From the NCBI RefSeq assembly GCF_022539665.2, contig NC_081331.1:1860001-1924000 (forward strand): DNA of 64,000 bases. The letters are read 5' to 3'. The DNA is from Daphnia carinata (taxonomy: Eukaryota). The position numbers and the translations under genes were made by a program. Each line of letters begins with the position of its first letter. The first letter of the stretch is position 1. The notes beneath the pieces are model-generated. The model did no database searches, was not told the origin of the DNA, and saw nothing but the letters and a program-made list of their open reading frames with translations. Positions 39,701-51,800 of the stretch are shown piece after piece.

Positions 39701-42700
39701 ACCGACAGCTAAGGCCGCAGCTTGATTTTGCTGGTCAATACCGAAAGGAGCTATATTGGTGCTACGGTAGCTGTCAATGTCGACACTAAACTGCGGAATG
39801 TTGGCTTCGCTGAGGACGTTCGCTATCGCGTGGGCCGTCTCGCCATCTAAGGTTACCGCTCCAATAACGCTCGACTGAGACGAAGTAGACGGGCCGGCAT
39901 CTGAGATGAAGGACAATAGTCGTTGCTGGGCTCTTTCCACTCGACCACACGAATCGAAAAAGATTGCGCCGATCTGCAACGATGGCGGAATCGTCCGGTT
40001 TTGTTTGAGTCGATCGAGTGCCATAGCAACGGCGGCCAAATTCTGGAATATGCGTGGGCTGTGCATCGTACCGCATGACAAAGGTTTACTTCCTTGACGG
40101 TGGAACGGAAGGAGACCCACCAACGAAAAGCCAGGCTTTGTGCCTGTGCCCGGCTGCACTTGCATCGACGTTGAAGGATGCCATTGAGGCTTGGGCGTGA
40201 TCTTGACGCAATTGAGACATTGAGAAATCATTTTCTCGACAGAAATGGAGACGGACGCGTTGCTGGCGTCACGAGCTTTTAGTTTCGCCGCATTAAAGAC
40301 AAGGCCCTCCCGGAGGCTGTAGCTTCCAGCAACCATTTGCTCGGTGCCCAGCATTTTTGTGTGATGAGTATTAAGGATCTCGACGGTTGCCTCCTGACTG
40401 ACTCCCGTCGAGCGTAAAAATTTGACAGGTCGGCCGGTGATGTCCGTGAATCCGTGCTCGGTAATGGCTCGTTCAAGCCGTTGGCGGACATCTTGATTCG
40501 CCATTGCCGAGCAGATTCCCTGTTTGACACCTGGACATAATTCTTGCCGGACGCGCTCCAATCCCTGGGCGATAGCCAGCACTCCGTTAATGGTGTTGGA
40601 CACGGACTCGTCGCGTTCGTAAACCGAATCGGCCAGTTGAGTGGACTTGGCCAGCTGATTTAGCGATCGATTTTGACACGTAGCTCCTCTGCAATGGAAC
40701 ATCTGGCTCCAGTACTTCATCAGCCATGGATTGGACGTGCTCAAACTGAATTTCATCTGATCGTAATCCTGGAAAAATTTACCGGACATCGGTAAGCGAC
40801 TGCGGATGTGGACGACGCCGGACAGCAGAGCACTAGATTCTTCCATGACCTGCTTATTGTCTGACGTCGATAGAGTCACTAGAATAATAGATTGACCAGC
40901 TGCGAGTTGCAATGGCGGCAGTTTTCGAATGGCGGCCAGAAGATCGAAGATTTGACGATCGGGCAAAAGGGCAACGAGAACATGAGCGCCGTTTTGCGCC
41001 TTGGAATAGATCATAGACGCCACGTTTTCCCAGTAATTCGCCAAATGCGGTTGCTCGTTGACGGCCAAATCGACCGCAAACTGGACGTCTTGTTTGAAAG
41101 CGAAATTCTGGAACTCTTCGCAGACGGAATTGTAAGGGAAAACTTGACTGGAGCAGACGGAAGAAACGTAGGTCCAATTCATCAGATGGAGAACGTCGCT
41201 CAAGACTTTGGCCGTCATCGGAGTGGACGGGCTCAATTGAAGGAGAGACGGTGATGTGCCGGAAGGTAAGTTCTGCTGCATTTCCAGTCCCGGAACAGAG
41301 AGAACAATAGGCAATTGTTGCCTATTGTGCAATTCAAAGAGGACGCGAGGATCGGCGTCTGGCGTGCCAACGACTAGACCGAGGATTTGGTTCTCTGCTA
41401 TGCCTGATTGGACAGCGGCTGTACTGAAAGCGCGAGCTATTTCTGCCGATCGCTTTTCTTGCGTGCCACAGCCGTCCAAACCAATAGCTCCCAGTTGAAT
41501 ACCGGGCAAAATATCGGCTATCTGGTTGACTTGTTCTAACGCCCAAACAAAGGCCTGCCAACCAAAAATCACCAATTTTTTTTTTTTGTTTAGATATTAT
41601 GATAGCAATGAATTAATGCTGGGCTACATACCTCCGTTTGCTGGATGCCACGAGTAGTGACGTTAGTCGAACAGCTGTATAGTCCATCAAGACTCTTTTC
41701 ACGAACGTCAAAAAGTCCCATGATGTACATTCGATCTTTGCTGGGCTTGATGAGCATCTGATTCTGTTGTTTCGCTGCGCAACTCGACCAGCAAACTTCT
41801 TTTTGGCTGGCGACCGAGCACTCAGAGACCAGCGATAATAAACCATCATGAGCCATATTGTTAACGTCCGCCATGACAACATCCGAAGTGCTATTTTTGT
41901 CACTTGAAAATTGAAGAACGTCCTGATCGTAAGTGGCCATCGGTATAAACGTGAATTCAGCAAATCCGCCTCGCACTTCGACAATCTCCATTGGAGTGTC
42001 TCCGTATCCATGATCGGTGAAACCGAATTCGCCGTTAACGTCGCCTGGGCGATCTGTGCCCGTGTTTTGTAAATAGGCCAGCAAGTTTTCGCGGAAAGTT
42101 GTTGTGTTAGTGGCGCAAAGATCCTCATCGTTCTCTTCGCTTGTTTCAACGCTGCTCGCCTTCAGTAACTGCTGATCGGGACAGTAGTCTTGAATTAGCC
42201 GGGCCAATCCCGAAGCGACAACGTAAACTGTTTGAATGACGGTCGTCGTTGATGGATGAATGCGCGGTACGGGAGAACATTCACCTGACTGTTGACACTG
42301 CGCCATTTGGTCAAAGTATTCACCGTACCATGGGTTTCGTTCGTTATTTTCTGGTCGTAAACGGGCAAAGTGTTCGACGAATTCCTTGACGAGCTGGACT
42401 TGCGGACGGACGACTAACCATCTACCGACGTCTTTGACCAAGTTTTGGACTTTGCCGCCGGCGATCCAACTGCTGGCGCTGATCCAGGTGATTTGCTTGA
42501 ATTTATCGGCCTGTTCCGGTGAGAGCAGGTGCATCTTGGCCAGGATGGATTGCGTGTCCATTTCGTCGGTCCACAAGACGACGACTCGACCACCCAGATC
42601 CATCTTAGAAGCCAGTTGTTCGAAAACGCGATCTAATGATCGGCTGGCTCTTACGGGACCAGTGCGAGAAGTTCGATTGAGTTTCTCCACCAAACCGACG

Positions 42701-45700
42701 CAAATTTGCGTGTTTTCGGCCAGATGCTGGAAGTGTCTGAAACCGGTGACGGCGTCAACGTCGTGGCTGCTGTAAACGACGCTAACGTAGGTCCATCCGG
42801 CGTAGTTGAGGAGATCAATGACCGCTCTGGCTGCGACGGACATGGGAACGGGCACCTGTAAATGGTAGGCGGACGTCAGCCGAGTGTCACTTCTCTCCTT
42901 GGCGCTGATGGTCGTGATGAAATTGGAGGCCAACATCAAGGTGGCCGCTTCCGTTTCTTCGCCGCTGGTAGCCGAGACGACAGCTAACAGCTGGTCGGGA
43001 TCAATGTTGATTTCTTCCAGCATTGGGTCGCCCTCTTTGGCCAGCACGCTGGCGACCAGATGGGCCGCTTTAGCTGGCGACGAACAGGTGTCGAATACGA
43101 CGGCGCCAATTTCTATTCCATTCAACAAATCCGTGTTACGGTTAACCACATCCAATGCCCAGAGAAAAGCTTCCACGTCCTGGATTGCGTTCGGATCCAC
43201 CTCAGCGCTGCATTGCAATGGAGTCGGTCCGGCTTTGTGAACAGCGAAGAGGGCCGGTATGATAATGTCTGTGATTTTCAAGCGATGCTCGACCTGCGTC
43301 TCCAGTTCCTGTTGAGGCTCTTCATTTTCTTGTGGCTGTTGCTGGACGGCTTTGCTCCGCGAATCCCTTTCTTGATCATCCTTCAATTCTGCTCTATTCT
43401 GATGTGCTCGATCTTGTTGAGCGCTACTGGATTTGTTCACCGAAATGATGGATTCTTCCGGTTCTAAATCGCCTTCTAGGTACTGCTCGACTGGTTTGGT
43501 CTCTTCAGCGGGTTCAACGTTGCGTGTTGAAGGTGTTGTCCGGTAACTGCCGGCCGATTGGAAGTAAACGCAATCAGAGCAGCCATCGACTGGACATTGC
43601 GATGGTCTTATTTGGAATGACCGATCAATCGTCTGAGTTCCAGTCGATTTATGGTAGGAAAAAAGTTCGCGAATCTGGTCGCCTTCTGCTGAGCGGATCA
43701 GCGAAAACTTCACGTCGGATATCTTGTTGCTGGATGGTTTTTTGGAGCCAACAAATCCGGCAGGAACTCGATTTCCGGGCGAGGCGTGCTGTAGCTGTAG
43801 CGCGTGAAAGACATCGTCGTAGAATTCTTTGCGCGTCAGTTCGCGAAGAGATTGACAGTAGCCATTTTCCGATCCGCATTTCGAATCGCGGGCTTTGCGG
43901 AACGCCGACGCAAAGACATTGAGGACGTGAACTGCCGGAAGAACGCGCGTATTCCTTAACACACGTTCCAACGAAGTCTCCGCAAAGTTGAAATTATGAC
44001 AGAGCAACCAATTCGGGTCGATGGTGGTAATGTTAGCTATCGATTCCAGGTGGCATTTCTTCGTGGTGACCATGTATTCCAAGAACCAAAGATTCTCCGG
44101 AACGGCCGGAAGGACAGGGGTTTTTCTACGGAGCCAATAGCTTTCGAACTGGTCCACAATAATGGGACTAACGGCCACGGCGTAGACTTCGGCGGGACCG
44201 GTCAGTTCGGCTAGCAAGTCTGTCTTCTCAGCCGACCACGGGTGTGAAAAAAGCCACTGGTAAGGTCCACGATGGCCGACCGATGCCGCTAGGCTGAGTC
44301 TCCGTGTGACGTTCTGGGCGTCTTCTGGCGGTGAAATGACAAGGACGGCTGTCGAATTACCGGCAGCATTCATTGTGACGTCATCGGCGCTGACGGGAGT
44401 GAACGATTCGAAACAGACGCCCATTTCTTCCGCTTTCAGGCTCACCGATTTGGTGATGGCTAGGCTGTAGTCGTCATCGGCGTAGACGACCGCTACTTTA
44501 TCCCACAACATCTGCTTAGAAAACCGCACCAGGGCCTAAGGATGTAACGTGACAATAACCAAAGGAAACGATCATTTCATTGGCAAGGCTTTGTGTGCCC
44601 ATTCTCAATAGACTTGTGTTTTATGGTTTAGACTATTATTTTATTTTATTCTTTTTTTTTTTTCAAAAGAAATACGAGTCATATTGTATAGGAGGTTATT
44701 ACCTCGGCCACTTCTTCTGCCGGCAGGAAGTCGTCCAATCGGACGGCCATGAACGGAATGCTAAACGAGGCGAGCTGCTCGCCAATTTCCGGATCCTCTT
44801 CGACCAATCCGACGAAATCGATGAGCCCGAGCATCGGCTTTTCGTCTTGTTCATCCTCGTTACTACCGTTGCCGTTTCGGCAGTTGTTTGCCTCTTCTTC
44901 TTCCAGCAGCTCCGGAAAGAGGACGCCCAGCTGGCGCTCGGCCAAATCGGCGTCGCCGCAAGCATCGAAAATTTTCAAACCTAGATTCCCGGGCGAACGA
45001 ATCATGACGTGAGCCAGCGAATTTGCATATAGTATATTATATGTTAATGTGGAACACCCCCTTTTGTTTAAGTAATAACATGTGGAAAAGAGCTAAAGCA
45101 TACATAATAACTCCAGCAATAAATAGAAAAAAAGAAAAGAGTTCGGCAATGATCTTACCTAGTTTGATTCCGGGGATGAAAGATTCCTTGACTAATCGCG
45201 ACGCCACCTGTCCCGAGTTCTGGTTGATGAAGGACAGGTACCAACGGAGACTCTCGTACAACTCGATGGCTTCACGGTGAAGTCCCGTCCCGCATTTCCC
45301 GGGGGTTTCGTCATCCATTTCGCGCACGTTCAACAAGACTCCTAACATGGTCATAACAATTATTACTACCGTATCATTAGCGTCATTATCATTCCGTTTT
45401 AAATCGCTGTGCTGTGGATAGCACTTAAAAATGGAACGCATCCCGGAAAAAAAAAATGAAAATAAAACCTAGGACAATTAAGAACTTTTTCTTTTCTCCA
45501 ACAAATCGTCTTAATGATGGGCTAAAATTAAAATGCCATTAGAATAAACCAGTTTTTTTTTAAAGCCTACAATCAACGGCATAGAACTCGTGAAAATCAT
45601 CAGTGCTTTGACATTTCTCCCCCCCCCCCTCCCTACATTCACGTTATTGATGTCTAGAGTCGTCTGATTTGTGACTTGGAAACCCAATGCCAAGACATTA

Positions 45701-45868
45701 CGTACCTAAATAAACGTCAGCGTCCTGATTGACGATCACGGCTGGCGGTCCGTTATAGCAGTTGTCTTTAGTTGACGAAACAGTGGCCAGAAAAAACATT
45801 AGGACAACGTGAACGAGGAGCAGCTGCAGGCCGTTGACCCTCTTCATCTTGCCCGACATGCCAACCAT
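36721..45868 (-). CDS. Orphan class C (mGluR-like) GPCR with four tandem Venus-flytrap domains, ~2675 aa, 9 exons
   Basis: Exons 45868-45706, 45341-45159, 44980-44703, 44535-41632, 41554-37755, 37689-37475, 37414-37150, 37042-36843, 36740-36721 are phase-consistent (8028 nt). Signal peptide; four repeats of the VFT signatures; class C 7TM (SCGLRRFFLGLSYAIIYSGLVVRT, QVILLSAWL, WRC); tail ending VSKI*. Confidence 0.9.
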
Positions 45869-48800
45869 CTCCCACGATGACGTTGGCAGCTTTTGTTTTC
45901 TAATCTTTTGAGTTGATCCTTGTTATGGCTCCTAGCTGATTGAAAAGTTCCCTTTAAAAGAAAAATGTTTGAAGTTATTCAATCACGAGGGTGTTGGGTC
46001 AGAGTTTCGTAAATACGTCTATAGTTTATCTTCGCGTATTTCGTGCAAGCGAAATGAACTAGAGCATCGAGTTCAAATCGAAACGTATAAACGAAACGGT
46101 ACACGTGAATCATTTGCAGGACTAAGGAAAAATAGTTTGAGCAAAGATTTACAATCGAAAATTGCCGTCGGGCTGATGGATGATGGGACTCTATTTATGT
46201 CGACAATGAAATATAAATAGGGAAATAAGCTTCACTAGACAAAAATATTCGGAGGCTAAGGCTTAAACAAGATGTCTGTGCATGCGTGTCTAATAACTCA
46301 GTCGTAGCACCGTTACCTCATCGAGTATCCTAAACCATCCAGCTATTTTTCGCGTCTCCATAATCCTGCCACGGATGGCAAAATGTGAAACGAAAAATAG
46401 CTACATCATCGCTGTTCCCGACCCCTTGTGATTTGGGTTCTGTCACCGCTTTAAAGCCTCGTTGTTCAAATCGTTGGAAATCCGAGATTGCGGTAGGTTA
46501 AAGCCAACGGAAAAGAAAGAAGCTACAGAAGAAAGCATAATCAAGAAATAACCGGTCTGTCAGACGATCTACGTATGTGGCGTGAACAGAAAAAGGCGAC
46601 AAGAATAAATAGCAAAAAGAGTTATTGAAAAAGGTGGCGTATAGTATTGTAACCAAGTGTAATAAGAAAAAACAAAACTCATAAAATTTTAGCCGGGGAA
46701 ATTTTCTTATTATTACCCTATTAATATTTCCACTATTCCATTGAAACGTAACGAAGCGAGAAGGAGGGCTCTTCATTTTACACCCGTCAGCAAGAAATCC
46801 CCATTAAACTCTATGATTCACGTTGAAAAAAAAAATGCTTGTGTTTACCGTTGGATGTTTTGTTTATGTAGCTCGTTGCCTGATTCACACTATTTTTTCC
46901 CAAGACATAGATACCCCATTACGCCGTAAGCGGCAAAGTATCCCGCTTGATTACTTTTCGTGCGTCTTTGGAACGCACACACTGACCATATTGACCCATA
47001 TTTATACACGACCAGAGATGATGAGAGAATGATAGTAGAGTACTCTTATACGGGCCGCACGGCCATACATGACATCTGTTGTGCGAGCTATATTTTCTGC
47101 CTTCTATATCTCGGCACGCCAAAAGGTAATAAGTTGTATATTCCTTTGTTTTTGTTTCGTTGGCTATGTGGGCTGTGTGAATCCGCCGTTAGACGATAAC
47201 CGACCCCATAGACACATCGCATTACACACTTTTCTATTACTCTGTCAAACCGGAGAGACATACTACATCCCAACCACTACACGATAAAATTGAACCGTGT
47301 TTGCTTTGAAAGTTACAATAAAAGCTAGTGTTGGCGTAAAAATAACACGAGCTTGTCGCTTCTGTGTGTCGTTTTTTCTACGTCATGCCAATTCCGGGGC
47401 CGCCGGAGTAGATGACTATTCAATGTGGCGTGACGCACGAGACGTCGTGATATCCCACGACGTACACGACTAGGCTCTCTATCGGTTTGCTGTAATAATA
47501 GTAAATAATGAATAAAAATAAAGTGGAAGAGAAGAAAGCCTGAAAAAGCTAGAAAACTATCAATTACTAGTCATAACCTCTTCCGGTTGCCGGCGTATTG
47601 GACTGTCCTAACCTTTAGCGCCATTACGGCACGTAATATATATATATATATATACGATATATAAATGAAATTGGTCGTTGCTAGAGAATTTAGAACACGG
47701 ACGTCTTTTTAGGTGTGACGTTGATTAAGGGCAATGGCCCTGCAGTGTAGACATGCACACCGTATGTGTAAATTCACACGATCACGTTGTGAAGAGGACA
47801 ACAACAAAAAAATGGAGGGAATTGTATAGTTATTGTTCCCAAAAAAAAAAAAGGAAAAAAAGCTAAAAACATAAGAACGTAGTACGCATACAAAGCTACT
47901 AACAATACCATACATATCTGTGATCGTTGCAATCGTGACACACATGTGCACTCCCGAAGAAGAATACCGTGAACGCGTCCCAATGGAACCTGCGTTGCCA
48001 TTAGTTTCAACTTGATTCACTCTTGTTCCCTACTCCGCAGCACAGATAGTTATACTTTTCCGAATGGTGCCCGCTTCAAAAGCGAAGCTCCTCAATCGAT
48101 TGTTCAACGTACCAAGAAATAGAAATAGGCTCGCGGTATGTACGTATCTGGTCCTCGCACACTGTCCATGCATCCAACACAACAAAGACGAAAAAAAAAT
48201 CCAGAAGAAAGAACGAAGCAGAAGAAGAATAGACGAGTGATTCGAGCAATGGTCCGTAAGAGAGAGCCATTTTAGCTGATGTTATACAAAGCGCACTGGC
48301 CATTGCCAGTCTCTTTCATTGCAGTTCGTTTTCCTTATTGTGTCGTTGACTTCGCCAATCGTCCTGAAAGCACAGAATCATTCTCAATTGCATTTGAGTA
48401 TATTTTCATCAGATTGATGAATCGTTAAACAAAGAGGGATTCCTATGGTGCATGTTGACATTCAATATTCGTGTGCATGTTACGGAATGGATAAAAAAAA
48501 TGAGTTATCTTCTTAACATACGAACGCGACGTCATTGCCTCTTATTGAGATAACTGTTATTTCCCTAACAATTGCGATTGCAGAGTTTGTTGAGCAGTTG
48601 ATGGGAAATCAGAGAGGAAATAAAATATATTTAAAAAAAAACACATTTCAGTCTAAGCTTTATACCCGTGTGGAGTTTGGTTGCGGCAGCAGGGCCGTCG
48701 TCCTGCTGTTACCACCGCCAGCAGGAGGAAGAGAGGGAAAAAAAACGCAAAAATTTAACGAGCCGTGCCTAGTATAGACACACTATGAAGGAGGTCCAGA

Positions 48801-51800
48801 TTTACCGTTAGGGACGAGACAACAGAGAATCTTTTCGTCTCTGCCCGGCTATCCCCCCCCCCCTCAATTTTGTCGTCCCACACGCCTTCAATTGCATTTG
48901 GTTTTCTATAAAAAATTACATCGTACATCTCACATCACGTATATACGATAACTCTGTTATTCCAGTTAATCAAATACACGGCGAATTTTACGTTGAGCTG
49001 ATTGATAGATAGATGCGTGTAAATTTGTGAGTGCCCGCGGAATCCCTGATTAGCAATTCATCGAGGAAAAAAAAAATGAATAAAAATATGGGAATTCCTG
49101 CACTGGGTAATGGACAGAAATGTGTCCTAGATTCACCAAAACAAACATGACTAAGAGATTTAAAATAATAATAATAAAATGTGTACCGTCAGAGTCCAGA
49201 ATCTCGGCAAGATCGTTTGCCAACACCAGGTCATTTAACGGCTCTTTTTTTTTATTTATTTATATATTTTTTTCGTCTTTAATTCGAAATTACAAACCCA
49301 CGCCAGACAGTTTCTTTTTTTTTCAAACCCATTTTTCAAAGTCGGGAAAAAAAAAAAAAAATAACGTAATGAACACGATGTTCTTACCTTACTGAAATAA
49401 ACGTGAATCAGCTGACAGCCTGCAGCAAATGAATTGAACGTAATGTCAGTCAAGGCAGGTGGTGATCACAACGTCGTGGAAACATAAACCCAAATGTCGG
49501 CAAACGAAAAATGTGATGATCACGATATCGCCATGGAAAATCGAAAAAATCTAAGAAGCACAACTAGCAACAAAACGCTCGGATTTCCTTGAAATCGCCG
49601 CAACTTAGGCACGCGGGAACACGTACTGCTCTACTGGTAAGTCTTTTCTGTTTGAAAAAAAAAAAACCAAACAACCGTCGTAAGCCGCAACGTAGCAACG
49701 ATCCGTTCAGCCAAGGAGTTATTAGCAGACTGTTGCCAGGTTTTTGCTCTTCAAGTCCAGTCACTGTTGTCTATACACGCTGCTTGGGCTACACAGCGGC
49801 GTGAGAGAGTCAGAGAGCTGCGAATGCTACAGGCTCTGCTTACCGCTTCCACCACATCGGTGGCAATGGCTATCTACCTGGGTTTGTTTCTTTTCCCCAT
49901 CGAACGAAACACCTGTCGCGCTCTGAAGCACCCACCGCTCTTTTTCTTCTTTCTTTTCTGGGGCTGCAGTTGATGACCACCAAGCCGACAATGCTTCTTG
50001 TATTTTCTCCGTACCTGGTGTGGCGCCCGTTTATTAGGTTAATGCTGTGCGGATGACTTGGCTCACTGAGCTTTTTTACCCGCTGGTTTTGTCTTACACT
50101 ATTTTCTTCGTTAGATTATAGACTGGCCGTTCGTTTAACCAGAACAGATTTTTTTTTATATAGAGAAGATGCGATTTGAAGAATTTCCCGCGTACACATT
50201 CATCGCTGTATGAAAAACAAATTAAAGCGGAACGATTGCGACAAGAGCTTCCATTCGACCGGTTAGAGTATTTAGCTATTTTTCACGCAATCCAATGCCG
50301 AGCATCACTTCTCTTTCAGGTCGACCCTTTTTCTTTTTCCCGATGTCTTTATGTACGTATTACGTGAACGTGATCTTTGCTTACGATTCGAATTCTGCGG
50401 GGCCATCCAAGTATGCCAAGAGTTCGCGACGGGCTCGCCCGGATTTCGACAGCAGACGGTCAATGGTCGAAACAATGACGTCATTAATGTTTCATACGGG
50501 GGGAGTTTTGGAATTTTTCTCATATTCTATTCTCTCTACAAAAAGTGGGAAATTTCGTTACAAACGGTCAACCATCGCCAACTCGTATACAAGCCATTTT
50601 CTTTATTGTATGTGTGCGGTGTTTTCGTTCTGGGATGTCCCAACGAACAAAACTCTAAAAAAGTTTTTTATTTTTCAATTGAGGCTGAATTTTTCAATTC
50701 ACATCATTGAATAAAAGCTTCCAACTGAATCACTAACCATTTTTCATCGCTAGTTCTCTGTAGTATAAGAATCGCCCAGAGAACAAAACACAATAACTTT
50801 CTATCACCGTATTTCAACATGACCGTGTGTGCATTGTGATTTGTCCAGAAAATTTTGAAATCGTCCATTGCCCATCTTTCTATTGTGTTTTTTTTTCTCA
50901 CTGTAGTGTTGCATTGGCTATTTCACTAATCTATTGTGAAATCAAAGGTTGATCAACGCTGTTGCTCGAATAAGATTTCCCGAAACATGGCAGTGATTCG
51001 CACAATCTGGCGAAAGTTTTTTCAGATTATGTTGCGAATCCGCGAAATAATTTCCCAGAGCCAAATGAAAGTTTTAATATTATTTGTCTTTCTTCTTGTT
51101 ACCACATTTTCCCTCCAGAACAAGAAAAGATGTAAAAATAGATAGCTTGAAAACGCTTGAAATTGAATTTGACGGGTTTTGCATCTCCCTTAATGACATT
51201 CAACATTCAATTGATCGTCGTTTCCATAAACACAGACAACAATACATCCCCCAAAAAAAGATGCCAAGAAAACAGAGAGAACCAGGAAAAAAAAAATAAT
51301 AACCAACACTACCACAGTCGTATTTACCATATCGACCGATGGTTTGCCCGACTGAACCAGAGAACGAAAAAGAAAAACAAAGCAAAAAGAAACAAAAACT
51401 TGAAACAAAAAGTAGGCTATCTGCTCCGTTAGGGCCAGATGTTGAAGTTCTAAATGGTTTCCTCCCTTTTTTTCCGCTGGCCTTGCCGGTCTTTTCAGCC
51501 ATTTTTCTTTCACAATAAATGGTATACGAACAATGCCCCTCCAGACTATTAAGCAAACTCCCAAAAATCTCTGTCGAGGAGCCAAAAAGCGCAACTGGTA
51601 CGAAAGCAGAGGAATTCACGATGTAACTTTTCCTTAACACGCAGCACGACAAAGTGCATTGAGAATAGTCCCCATTTTTTTTTGTTTGTTTGTTCTGATG
51701 GTGCAAATCGAGGTATTTCACGCGTTTCAACATGTTGTCGAGCTCTGGCTGTCAGAACTATTCAACGAATGACGGTACGTGCTCTAGTTTCTTTGTATTC

